Source: Paramoeba atlantica
Lineage: Eukaryota > Protista > Discosea
NCBI GenBank assembly: GCA_977017575.1
Contig: CDRNVI010000024.1
Coordinates: 62,001 to 126,000 of the forward strand
Direction of reading: 5' to 3'
Length of the DNA: 64,000 nt
How positions within the stretch are numbered: the stretch's first letter is position 1; the number at the start of each line of letters is the position of its first letter. Of the stretch, positions 32,626 to 43,273 are shown piece by piece. The notes beneath the pieces are model-generated. The model had not been told where the DNA came from, did no database searches, and saw only the letters and a list, made by a program, of their open reading frames with translations. The position numbers and the translations under genes are program-made.

Positions 32626-34419
32626 CTAATTCCCGTCCGGTGCAAACATGGATTGAAGCAACCGCCTGGGATCTCTGGACGAAATAATCACATTCTGCCC
32701 GACTGAGGATGCGAGATGGGAACTAGAAGTTTCTACGACTGTATTCTCGGACTGCAGAGTGATACTATCTTTTTCTGTGTAGCTGGTTGAAGCATCGAGA
32801 ATTGGTACGTTATCAGTCTGAGGTATATCGGAACGGACACTCTTTTCGATGGGTTCAACTTTCTGCCGTTCAGTTAGTCGATCATGTAACATCTGTATAG
32901 AGTCGTAAATGTCTTTCGATTCACTATCAAGCGAATTCACAGTAAGAGAAATTTGTTCCCTATCCAAAGATGCCGGTTTGCTTTCCTGAGTGGAGAAGCT
33001 GGACAACATGTCCTGTGTCCACGTAATGAGCCCAGGAATGGTATTGCTCTGAATGTATGGGAAGCGATGCAGTATTTGCATCACACTCCGGAGAGTTTCC
33101 TTCTGAGCCGAATCCTCGGGAAGTTTGAATGCGGCGCGAGCATCTTCTACGTTGAAGGAACATGCCAGTTTAGCCCAAGGAATTAGAATTTGTTTGATTA
33201 TTCCCATTTCTTCCAGCCTTCGATAAACAATTTCATCTTGACAAAGTTCAAACGCTCGCAGGAGACGAATGCGCAATATATTGTCAGTTGTAGATCGACA
33301 AAGCAAGATGAAAGGCTCCAACATTAAAAGCCTAGAGCCAGAAAGTTCAGTCCCGTGTTCTCCGAGTATAATACGCAACCGGTTGTACTGCTGCATTAGT
33401 GAAGGACCATTTCTTGACTTATTCTCATCTCTTACCTCTGAACTTATAGCACTCGGGTTTGGTTTCTTTTTATCCTTTAAAGTAATTATTCTTTTTGCCA
33501 CTTCTTTTCTATTTGCTTGTGAGTGATTTGACGTTTTCCTTTTCGGGGATCGAACGATTGGTCGCCGCGTTCTTTTATCAGGTACTATTTCCGAGTAAAC
33601 TACAGTACTCCCGATGGGAACCCTTCGACTCTCATTGCTTTGCATGTACAAATGAAGCTTCTTCATTCGCTTATCCCTAGATGCGAATTCAACATTGGCA
33701 GATTTTTGGTCTTTGCTATATCGAGTACCCCCTTGTAAGTAGTCCCGAACTTTCATCTGGTAGCAAGAAAGAGAGATGTAAGTTTCCTCGTAGCCCATAT
33801 ATTCCATTAGAAATTTGCAAACATGATATAGCACATCGCGTATTTCTTCGTGATTGCCACGAACTTGGCGAGCAAGCGAAGCAACACAATCGCATAAAAT
33901 AGAGAAATCTTCACTAATTTCTCCCGAATTCTTCCATATAAAGCGAGGCTTTTGGGATTTTGACCTTGAAAGCTGCATGGCTACATCAGCACGTAGTGTC
34001 TCTTCAAACATGTGTAAACCGGACAGAAATTGATCCACAACTACGCTTGCCCCCGACCTTATAAGCAAACGGTGGAAGAAATTTGCATTGATCGGACCTT
34101 TGAGGTAGTAATCGGTTCCTGATACTGTTTCTTGCTTCACATTCGTTTTCTTACTCAATTGAACTTGATCGGACGAAGCAGCGGGAGGTAATTCGAGGGC
34201 ATCACTAGATGAAAGCACAGCAGAATCCGATATAGTACCTGAGGAATCGGTTGAGAATGAGCTAGAGTGCTCCACAGAGTCGCTGTTGTCAGATGAAGCG
34301 CAACTTCCCGATGACGTTAAACTTGACGCGCGAGATGCAGATGGTGAAACCGAGGTATGCATATCAGAAGATTTTCGTAGATCCAATTTCAGAGATGGTT
34401 TGGGCTCCGCGTTATTCAT
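32626..34419 (-). CDS. Hypothetical nuclear protein, Ser-rich N-terminus (copy 1)
   Basis: 597-aa ORF; weak resemblance of MGIIKQILIPW...QILHRFP to TFIIS N-terminal-type domains. Confidence 0.65.
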   Translation of the reverse strand: MNNAEPKPSLKLDLRKSSDMHTSVSPSASRASSLTSSGSCASSDNSDSVEHSSSFSTDSSGTISDSAVLSSSDALELPPAASSDQVQLSKKTNVKQETVSGTDYYLKGPINANFFHRLLIRSGASVVVDQFLSGLHMFEETLRADVAMQLSRSKSQKPRFIWKNSGEISEDFSILCDCVASLARQVRGNHEEIRDVLYHVCKFLMEYMGYEETYISLSCYQMKVRDYLQGGTRYSKDQKSANVEFASRDKRMKKLHLYMQSNESRRVPIGSTVVYSEIVPDKRTRRPIVRSPKRKTSNHSQANRKEVAKRIITLKDKKKPNPSAISSEVRDENKSRNGPSLMQQYNRLRIILGEHGTELSGSRLLMLEPFILLCRSTTDNILRIRLLRAFELCQDEIVYRRLEEMGIIKQILIPWAKLACSFNVEDARAAFKLPEDSAQKETLRSVMQILHRFPYIQSNTIPGLITWTQDMLSSFSTQESKPASLDREQISLTVNSLDSESKDIYDSIQMLHDRLTERQKVEPIEKSVRSDIPQTDNVPILDASTSYTEKDSITLQSENTVVETSSSHLASSVGQNVIISSRDPRRLLQSMFAPDGN

Positions 34420-34716
34420 TACAGAATAGTAACAACATGCATTCAGAGTTATTTGATAATTAGAGTTTTTTATATCGATGTATGCATTTCCGTGAATTGA
34501 TAGGCCGCTACTACCTCACAGTCAAAATTACCCGAAATTGCATTCAATGATAGACCAAAAGCATTATATTTAGACGTACATTGCACCCTGTATTACGCAT
34601 TTTGCGTGCCTCATAAAAATTGTACTGGTCAGTAAATAATTAATGGACTGCACAAAAATATACAGTATATTAAAAGGAATGGTACAATCGCAATTTTTGA
34701 TCTGCTAACAAATATA

Positions 34717-35631
34717 TTATGAACGTAAATCGTTGTGAGGCACTGCGAGCCCACCCCATTTATGTCTCGCGTTCTTTTGCCGCAAACTTTCCGACACTGT
34801 CAAGGTAGACTGAATAGAGCCTGCACCTGGTTCTTTCGCTTTGGGTTGTGAATGGGTTTCGATATCTGCTGGAACCCATCTGTTTCCCGTGAGTAAATGA
34901 GGATCTATTCTGTGCTTCGGAGTAGAGGAATGCTGAGATGGAGTGTACATCTCCTTTGGGAGATGATTCATTTGTTTGAGACTAATGTTGGGTGACTCCT
35001 GTCTGTCCCGTCTAAAAAGCATAATAAAGTAATAGAGAAGTAATGATGCGACCAGAACTGTAGGAATAAGCATTGTAACGGCTAAAGCCGTACTCGGTTG
35101 ATGCTTTCCTCTCGCTTTTGCAACAATGTGAAAGGTAAGATGACAAGGAAAAAGATCTGAAGAAGCGGAGTCGCTGAGCCAAAAGAGCTGAAACACTCGC
35201 GGTGTATCATCCCTTTCACCAAATATAATGGGAGGTTCGTACCTGTCGCCCTGATCAGGTATAGTAACACACGTTCCCGCCTCATCATGTTGCTGAGTAG
35301 CATTGAAAAATTTAGCTTCGGTCTCAGTAAGGTTGCGCGTTTGTTCAACTTGTTGCGAGCAAAGTATTAGGCGGTGCCCCTCTGTACTTTGAGGCGCATT
35401 TACGGGAGAAACGAGTTGCAAACAATATAGGATAAACTGAGATCCATGCCATTTTGCAACAAGCGACCTTCTTGAAGTTGGCCGTGTGAGGCTGACAGAG
35501 CGTTTTACGTAATGCTTCGACCGTGAGAAACAACGAGCATCAGAAGACGAAATATACTTTACCCTACTTTCACAACCGAGAAGCGTAAAGAATAATAACA
35601 CTTTCAGAACAAATAGCGTATGAAGCTTCAT
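34717..35631 (-). CDS. Hypothetical type I membrane protein (copy 1)
   Basis: Signal peptide plus one TM helix (LAVTMLIPTVLVASLLLYYFIMLF). Confidence 0.7.
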   Translation of the reverse strand: MKLHTLFVLKVLLFFTLLGCESRVKYISSSDARCFSRSKHYVKRSVSLTRPTSRRSLVAKWHGSQFILYCLQLVSPVNAPQSTEGHRLILCSQQVEQTRNLTETEAKFFNATQQHDEAGTCVTIPDQGDRYEPPIIFGERDDTPRVFQLFWLSDSASSDLFPCHLTFHIVAKARGKHQPSTALAVTMLIPTVLVASLLLYYFIMLFRRDRQESPNISLKQMNHLPKEMYTPSQHSSTPKHRIDPHLLTGNRWVPADIETHSQPKAKEPGAGSIQSTLTVSESLRQKNARHKWGGLAVPHNDLRS

Positions 35632-36046
35632 CGACCACTACTCTGCAAGCTGTGTAAAACTCGGCCGTGACCTTATGTCGAACAGGCGATTTTAATAGTA
35701 GAGAGACGGAATTCCTAAATCAGGATGAATGCATAGAAAGACTATTAAGGAAATACTTTGTTCGAATAGGCTATTCTGAATATGATTTGAGATACATTCG
35801 CACTTTTGTCCTACCAAACAATCTCGGTCTGCCCATATCCGATGAAACAGCCTTAAATGTAGTACTATACCCCCCCTCCTGCATACGAGTTCCCCCAATT
35901 CTGGTACGCTTATGGGTTCCTTTTTCTAAAATGAATCGTTTTGTACCCACTTTTCGCGAAGCGAAAAGTTTTCACCACTTAACAAATTTTCATGTAATTC
36001 CAAACAACTGTATGTCGGCGTGCTCTACGGGATGGCTCACTAATTG

Positions 36047-37612
36047 CATAGTTTAGGTTCGACGTCGAATTCTACGCGTTCTACGGCAAAAGAACGATTC
36101 TACGTCGAATTCTACGGCCAATGCATGTTCAAGGTCGCTCCAATCGTTCTCTCCAATTGGCTGCATGAGATCATAAATTCGCTTAATTTCGTCTTGCGCT
36201 TCATCATGAGCCACATGATTAACCGTCAACCGTCATATAACGAAGCTTCGCGACCAATTTTATTCCTATTATGGAACTCAATGTCTCGATAAGAATTTCT
36301 GCAGTTTCTTTCCCATTAAAGGCTTTGCGTTTTGGATGGTACATTGGAGGCAACAAGAAGTCACTGCTTCCAACGTACAGTATACCTACTAGTACGTGCT
36401 CGCTTAACACTTTATCAATCCCGGCGTCCACAGCAATGCCAAAAAATGCTTCAAGGGTAATGGCACTGATAATGGTACCCCATATTTCGTCTGCTAGTTC
36501 TTTCTCCCACTTCGGTAATATTGTATGATCTTGCGATAAAGTGGAAAGAATCTCACCCTGCGTGGCGCCTAGTGTGCGCAACTCCTTGTAGGAACATAAA
36601 AGCGTGTGTGCTGCTTTGCAAGAAAGGTTCGTTTGCGACACAAGACAAGGGATACATCGCTGTACGAAGGTTAGTGTACTCTTCTCAGACCTTTCGACAT
36701 GGGCGTCTGTTCCCAGGGATTCTTGTGAAACCCCTTCACGAGCAGAGCCAATGTTTTATGTGGTGGTAGTAGTGATTGTTGTGCGAGGAGTGCCCTAGCC
36801 ATGGGCAGTCAATGCATTTCAAGTGGGTGCGTTGTCCCATTGCGTTCACGTGGTAGGGGCGAGGATGACGTAATTCGTATTCCCGACAGTCTTTGTTTCG
36901 ATTCTCTTCGTCCTTGTTGCTTCCTGCTGGAGCCGCACATCCCAAACAACGCTCCCTTAGAAATTTTGCCCGAATACGGGGATACTTTATTGGATCAACG
37001 TCTGTTTTTTCTTTTTTACGCGCACTTTCAAGGGGCTGAGCAGGTGATAACCCAATTTCCGCCTCCAGGGAAGATATCATTGTGCGACGCTGCTGCACTG
37101 GTAAGTAAGTGGCCTTGGAGAAAATCTGAGACTGATCGACCCTTTCAGGTTGAGTCAATTTGTCAGGTGATACTGTGATGTTTCCGGGAGGAATAAGTGG
37201 AGCCCGTGGTTGAGATTTTTTTGGAATGTTCGGAGGGGTGGATCCAGGAGGCAGTGGTATCCTATTACGTTGAGAACGCATAGAAAAAAAATAGAATCAA
37301 GAAACACTGTGGGCACTGTTTTTAATCTAGAAATATTGATGCACAATCAGTTTAATATATGATTAAAAATGTGGTATGAACATTTACTAAATGAACTAAT
37401 TGCAAGAAAATGAACACCTACAAGTTGTAAATTACAACTTGTATTACAGTAATACAACAGATACGAACAATTGTATAAAACATTTCCGAAATGTCACTTT
37501 ATGTTTTCCATACATAAATATATGTTTTGCAACACCAAAATATTGCTCATCTTTTCCTCTAATTTGAGTTCTAAGTCTCTACGTAGAATTTCGACGTCGA
37601 ACCCAAACTATG
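36047..37612 (-). mobile_element. Internally deleted hAT-like element, 1566 bp, 6-bp TSD TAATTG (copy 1)
   Basis: TIR CATAGTTTAGGTTCGACGTCGAA(A)TTCTACG; TAATTG at 36041-46 and 37613-18; frameshifted transposase with FGIAVDAG and AFNGKE...LRYMTVDG, homologous to the 24210 ORF. Confidence 0.7.
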
Positions 37613-38159
37613 TAATTGGCTAAAATTTTTAGCGCCAATAGCATTCCAAAGGAGAATTTGGCTTCGCGCCGCGGGCCCGATTTTCCGATTTTTTATGGCC
37701 GTATTTCTGTTCTGGTACATTTATGAGCTCTCTTAAAGGAGTGGTCGATGGCAACCAAATTACCGACAAAGGCTTGAAGTTCTGGTCTGTAGGTTTTTTT
37801 ACTCTACCCCTATTTATTAATGAGTGCTCAATCCCCCTATTTAGTATTGAATTTTGGGTGCCGTTCGTATAGGCTCCGCGGTGGGGCATCGTTTTTTGAA
37901 ATACACTGTACTTTGTCGTTTTATTTTCTTCTTGTTCTTATCATTTCTTCTTGTTCATGATTTCTAGTGCTTATAGTATAAGCATGAAAAAGATCTTTAA
38001 AAAAAGCAATACTTTTTTTACTACACAATACTACCCGGAACAGGGCTTAATATTGTGTACCACTACTTCTTTTCAAGTGAACTGAGCAGTATTGCGGAGC
38101 ATCTATTCCACCGTTTTCTTATAAACGCAAAATATTGAATTATTATGGGCAATTTCAAT

Positions 38160-38789
38160 CTACTGTATCACAACTATTTTCGTGTCCGTAAAAGCCGTAT
38201 ATTTCAAGCCCATTGGCAACGACTGAGAATGTACAGTTCCAGTAAGTTCAGCATTATTGCGTAATGCTAGACTTCGTATTATGGATGGCAGATGCTCGAA
38301 CGTCACGTGACCGCTCAAATAATTTTTAGATAATATCAACGAACATAACGTTGAAGGAAGGTGGCAAAGATCAACAGTGCCCGTAAAGCGATTGTATGAC
38401 GCGTTTAGTGAGCGCAGTTTTTCAGGAAGATCTCCAAGATCAATTTCTCCGCTTAGATCATTAGCGTATACTGAGAATCGAGTTAAGGATCGCGGTAATA
38501 AACTCCACAAGAGCGTACCACGTAATGATTTACTCTCGGCTTCAAACTTTAGAATGTTACCTTCATCAGAACACTGAACTCCTTGCCACTCACGAGCAGG
38601 TGTGGAGGCGTTCCAAGATGGAAGCGGATTCACGATATTTTGTATCATTCGCTCAAGATCGTATTCCTGGGGTAGAAGCACACCTCTTACTCTTCCTGCC
38701 TTTGTAGCCTTTGTACCTTTACTAGGCGCGTCGGCAAAACCAAGAATGGTACAACCACTGTGACAGTATAACGATTGCAAATAGCACAT
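38160..38789 (-). CDS. Leucine-rich repeat protein (copy 1)
   Basis: LP-x-x-L LRRs with N-x-L-S/T-G-x-I/V-D-L; WNASTPAREWQGVQC cap; first ATG 38789. Confidence 0.85.
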   Translation of the reverse strand: MCYLQSLYCHSGCTILGFADAPSKGTKATKAGRVRGVLLPQEYDLERMIQNIVNPLPSWNASTPAREWQGVQCSDEGNILKFEAESKSLRGTLLWSLLPRSLTRFSVYANDLSGEIDLGDLPEKLRSLNASYNRFTGTVDLCHLPSTLCSLILSKNYLSGHVTFEHLPSIIRSLALRNNAELTGTVHSQSLPMGLKYTAFTDTKIVVIQ

Positions 38790-39076
38790 AACTTGTGGAA
38801 AAAACAATTTAAAAAGATGCAAATTAGAAACGGTTGGGAAAACCGCTAGATGCCTACCCAGGACCCAGGAGGGAGTATGGGCAAACGGTGGAAACACTCT
38901 ACATTTTTGATCTGTTGAAGGAACTAGGCCAAAAGCTCTTACGGTGTGTTCTGTGAACTGGGGGTACTGTAAATCCCCCTGGACTGTAAATCATTATTTT
39001 AAATACTGACTAAATACTATTTAATCCTACGTGTAAATTTATACAGGAAAGAAACTCACCGCAGAGAAACATTGCA

Positions 39077-39859
39077 TTAGGAGCGCCATGGCTCCTCTGT
39101 ACTTTTCGCGTAGTAGGCGGCAACCATTCCAATAACAAGACCACTGACACAACCAAAACTTGTACCTGTGCTTCCGGAGGCATTGCTACTGTCTGCGTTC
39201 CCCGCTTCTCTCCCCTTTTTACTCGATTCTGAGACATTTCCCGTATTAGAGCTCCCCATACCACTTTCCACCGCAGCAAACGCCCCTGAGAAAACCGAAG
39301 CTACAAAAGTGGAGGCAAAAATAAGCGGACTTACGCGACACACGACCAAATGAAACATAACCAGAGTACACATGGATACGACACCTGAAGCCATTGCCCC
39401 GGTGGTTACCTTTAATGTAGTCGAAGGTTTTCCTTCGCTCTCTTCAAGGTTTCTAACTCCAGCTGTTTCACCAGACTTCTTCATGGGATTTTCTCCGGAT
39501 GCTTCGCTTTCCTCAACAGCTCGTGCTGAACGTAGTGGTGCGGTGCTGCCACCACGGTTTAAGGAGGTCATCATGCGCTGTGCCATAGGTGATGCTTTTC
39601 TAGGAGGATCCCGGGCTGAACAATAGGCACGATAGGCAGTCGCTATAAAAGTGGGAGGACAGAAATGGTTGCGTTTCGTTCTAGATTGAATTGAAACGAA
39701 CGACTTGTCCGAGTAAGAAAATAACCTAGCATGTGTGTTGAAATTGTATTCAAATGGGGCGGAAGCGTAGTGATACGTTTTCCGAAGGAAGTACTTGGAG
39801 AAGTGCGAGGATTGCGGAAGCCTTGTGTGATGCGTAGGTAGCAAACCTACTTTTTTCAT
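39077..39859 (-). CDS. Hypothetical membrane protein, possible mitochondrial targeting (copy 1)
   Basis: Basic/Ser N-terminus, 2-3 hydrophobic C-terminal segments. Confidence 0.55.
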   Translation of the reverse strand: MKKVGLLPTHHTRLPQSSHFSKYFLRKTYHYASAPFEYNFNTHARLFSYSDKSFVSIQSRTKRNHFCPPTFIATAYRAYCSARDPPRKASPMAQRMMTSLNRGGSTAPLRSARAVEESEASGENPMKKSGETAGVRNLEESEGKPSTTLKVTTGAMASGVVSMCTLVMFHLVVCRVSPLIFASTFVASVFSGAFAAVESGMGSSNTGNVSESSKKGREAGNADSSNASGSTGTSFGCVSGLVIGMVAAYYAKSTEEPWRS

Positions 39860-39981
39860 TTTTCTTTGGGAGAGTTTTGTAGGGTTGATATTGTAGTACT
39901 GTTTCCTTCATAAGTATTGGTCGGTACACATACAGTGTAGATGTAATCTTAGTCTGATACAAATATGTCATACATTAATAC

Positions 39982-41205
39982 GGTGAAACTGAACCAATAT
40001 TCGCACTTTTCTCAATCTGGCAAAATTTTTACCTGAACGTTTTATCGCTCCTTTCTTTTATTCTGAATCATGGTTCTGCACATTAATTTTATATAGGCAT
40101 TGTGTTTTTTGAATCCATTAGTACTTGTTTATTGCTCTTCTCACCTTTTAATGACGTGCACTGGGTGCGGTGGGTGCCGTTCGAAACTTACGATCAGAAG
40201 AATTTCTTCCTGGAGTGAGAATCAATGTCTGGACTGGATGAAAAACCACTCTCTAGTGGCGCAGAAAGTTATTTGCTACAAGAAAAATCACAGAGCTCCG
40301 CACACCATGGCATTAGTCGGGAATAAATGGGTCTGCACCAAGCATTGTAAAGCGAGGTACGGAGCTATGGGGCCGCTGTTGCCCAGCAAGAGCCAGCGAA
40401 GCGCTAAACAGACTCTCCTGTACATCGTTTTGTACTCTAGGGGTGGGCGCCATGCGTCTTCAGTGGCGGAAATGGAGTTAAGCGAAAAAACGGTGATTAA
40501 ATTGCGTCAATGGCTGGATTCCCTCATGGCCACAGCGCATATACGCCGACGAGTTCGACTGCGATCCAAGGTGACCACAATGCAATGCGATGAAACTTTT
40601 TTTTCTGTCCGAAAGAGGGACGGTTGCCATCGAGCAAAACGTGTTCGCCAAGATGGTAATCAAATTGCTCAGACGATAGCGGTCACAACGAGGGACAACA
40701 AATTATCTGAAATTCTCATGGAATCTGTTCCAAATCGAACATCTCAGAGCCTTCTTCCGAACACCCAGAATCTAGCTTCGGGAAGTCGTACAAAAATTTG
40801 GACTGATGGTGCCCGCCATAATTTGTCTCTCCGCGGCATATATAAGTGGGAAAGTGTAAACCACAAGAGACAGTGGGTTACGAATGAAGGTGTGCACACT
40901 AATACTGTGGAGTGCGCGAACTCCATGGTCAAGAAGCGTCTAAAGCGGGACGGCAATGTTCTAGGTCGAAAGTTGGAGAAGAGGGGGGATCGAATACAAG
41001 CATACGCAGAGGTATGCACCGGAAGTTTGAAGTGCAATGGGGGTGATACACTGCTTCAAGTCTTACGAAATTTGAAGGAGCACTGCGTATGCCTCCATTT
41101 GTAAGAAGTAATCAAGTTTAAGTGGAGAAAAGTTTAAAGTGTAAGCAAAAAGGGACGTGAAATTTTGAAAATTCATAAATTTGCGAATATTGGTTCAGTT
41201 TAACC
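39982..41205 (+). mobile_element. Complete Merlin (IS1595-like) DNA transposon, 1224 bp (copy 1)
   Basis: 24-bp TIR GGT(G/T)AAACTGAACCAATATTCGCA, perfect 8-bp TSD ATTAATAC (39974-81, 41206-13). Confidence 0.93.
40151..41104 (+). CDS. Merlin/ISXO2-like DDE transposase (copy 1)
   Basis: QCDETFF, IWTDG, VNHK..GVHTNTVEC; uninterrupted ORF from ATG 40151. Confidence 0.92.
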   Translation: MTCTGCGGCRSKLTIRRISSWSENQCLDWMKNHSLVAQKVICYKKNHRAPHTMALVGNKWVCTKHCKARYGAMGPLLPSKSQRSAKQTLLYIVLYSRGGRHASSVAEMELSEKTVIKLRQWLDSLMATAHIRRRVRLRSKVTTMQCDETFFSVRKRDGCHRAKRVRQDGNQIAQTIAVTTRDNKLSEILMESVPNRTSQSLLPNTQNLASGSRTKIWTDGARHNLSLRGIYKWESVNHKRQWVTNEGVHTNTVECANSMVKKRLKRDGNVLGRKLEKRGDRIQAYAEVCTGSLKCNGGDTLLQVLRNLKEHCVCLHL

Positions 41206-41229
41206 ATTAATACATATCGTCCAAAAAAT

Positions 41230-41630
41230 CTAAGCTCTCCGCAGACTTTCCCATCTGAGTATCACGCAGCATGTAATACTGAGCATAAGCAAAGTAAGGA
41301 GAACACGAAAATCCAAACTTTGATTGAGCGAATCATAAGCTTGAATTGGATGAATTTTTGTGTAAAATAAATCTGATCCGACGGAAAAAACATGAGAAAC
41401 ACTTTCCAAGCGATCACCCGAAGATACAATACCCTGGAGGTTCGCAACCAGTTCACTTTGGGTGAGAACTTGTACAGATGACCAAGGCGTATCTTGCTCA
41501 ACACCTTCTTTGTGCCTTAAGTCGGAAGACGACTGAAGCCACGTAGAGTCCAGAGAGATAACTTGACCGGCTCGTGTGCCCAGTAGTATTTGCTTCGGTG
41601 TGATTCCATGCTTCGTTGTTGTCACACCTA
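41230..41630 (-). pseudogene. EMC1: Orphan 3' fragment of EMC1 created by the duplication
   Basis: Identical to the last 131 codons of 53073-56165. Confidence 0.9.
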
Positions 41631-41801
41631 CCTGCCAACCCCGCTGGGACCGACAATGCCTAACACCTGGACGGGGGCGGTGGAGCGAGATCGGGGAAGC
41701 GGTTTCCCGACACCCGGGGTCTGCTTGCTGATTTCATCTTTTTTATGTGATGTGACGTGCGCCTTTGGCTTGTCCTCATGTATGGGGGCCTCGAAGGTCA
41801 T
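41628..41801 (-). pseudogene. GUK1: Truncated guanylate kinase 5' fragment
   Basis: Ends GPSGVGR-stop at the junction; P-loop Lys lost. Confidence 0.9.
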
Positions 41802-42058
41802 GGCATACGGGGAAAACGAAGCGGGTGCGTCGGTGATAAAATCGAGAAATCTAGATTGTACCGAGACAAGGTATGATGTATCGACACTAGTAGTCAATGT
41901 GTGTTAAACTGTTTTATATGCAATTGTATTTAAAGATCTTAAAAACTGAGACATATTTTATCCAAAAGATTTTAATAAAATCTATCAGCGCAGCGTACGT
42001 GTTAGCAAAGTGTTAAGAATGTCGATTTTAATGCACAAAAAAAATGGACAAGATACGT

Positions 42059-42988
42059 TTAATTGCGAGAGAGGGTCCTCTTATTTTTAACGCTTTTCCA
42101 TATTTGATTTAATTTGTGCTCTGTTGAATCGCCCAATTCAATTCTTTGAAAAAGAAATTCTTCGTCTATAAAGTGGCGCACATGTGGCTCGTCTTCCTCA
42201 GCAAGAATAGCATTACTTTGGTGAGCGCCCCTGAGACTCAACGCAACTTCCTGACATTTTCGAGTAAAATATTCCGATAATGTGCTTCCGTTTGTTTCGC
42301 TGGTTAAGCCATCACGAAGGACAGCGAGGGCGCTTCCCATATTTGAGAATGACTCATGAGCCTCAGATAAAAGAATGTGTGATTTTGCATTTTTAGGAAA
42401 ACTTTCGCATAAAATTTTGGCGGTTTGTAATGCACGGGAACGAAGTCCTGTCACAAGTTCCGAGTCACATTTGAGTACGAGAAAGTCAAAATGCTTTGAA
42501 CATCCCTGATAATGATTTACACCCGAACCAGAATACTTTTTAAGCTCTTTTTCTACTATTTGAAGGGCTTTCCTATAACATTTTGCGTTATAGTGCTTTC
42601 GTGCAAGAGATAACGTATCCTCTGTTGCAGTAATCTCATCAAAGGTATCTTCTAAAAGTGTGTAAGGTGCCGTGACATCGTCAAAAGATTCCTCTAGAAG
42701 ATCATCCGAACGGGTTTCACTGCAGCTAGATGATGATTCAGCTTCCAGCGGGTTTTGATCATGCATCTCTGTCACTAAAACATCACTTTCAGCTTCATGA
42801 GGGCGAACATCACAATTGTTCATCGCCCTCACCAAACCTTCTCGGTTTTCCTCACACCCTTGTCGGAAAGAAGCAAAATAGTGTAATACTGGAACCAAAA
42901 TAAGGGGCATAATAATAGCTGTCAACATTGCAGCAGAAATAGCGCAGATCTCATACCAAGGTAGGTCACAAAAGAGGTCTGCAAGCAT
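42059..42988 (-). CDS. Membrane-anchored TPR-like protein (copy 2)
   Basis: Identical translation to 30216-31145. Confidence 0.6.
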   Translation of the reverse strand: MLADLFCDLPWYEICAISAAMLTAIIMPLILVPVLHYFASFRQGCEENREGLVRAMNNCDVRPHEAESDVLVTEMHDQNPLEAESSSSCSETRSDDLLEESFDDVTAPYTLLEDTFDEITATEDTLSLARKHYNAKCYRKALQIVEKELKKYSGSGVNHYQGCSKHFDFLVLKCDSELVTGLRSRALQTAKILCESFPKNAKSHILLSEAHESFSNMGSALAVLRDGLTSETNGSTLSEYFTRKCQEVALSLRGAHQSNAILAEEDEPHVRHFIDEEFLFQRIELGDSTEHKLNQIWKSVKNKRTLSRN

Positions 42989-43273
42989 GAGGATGGATAA
43001 ATAGGTTAGGTCAAATAAGAAAATGAGATGTTAGCTTGTTAAAGGCACTTTACTATTTAAAGTGTTATGCCATCTTCTTTAAAGTTAATGTGCCTCCATG
43101 AGGTAACCAGCTATGCGATTGACACGGAGCCAATAAAAGACATCGTTCCCCCAAAAAATATAAAACAAAAGAGAGATAAATGCGGAAAAGTGCTTCAAGA
43201 AAATTGCGACGCCTTTCTTTCAACAATTAAACTAAAAGTCACTCATATCATTCCTTCTATTCGAGCACGAGAA

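Larger units (their letters stand above)
29790..41630 (+). repeat. Tandem segmental duplication, copy 1 (11,841 bp)
   Basis: All ORFs recur with identical translation at offset +11843. Confidence 0.97.

Noticed and set aside
35667-37736. + strand ORF that extends to about 165 codons when element B is removed
   Set aside because: No early ATG, no recognisable family, and 39 extra open codons can arise by chance
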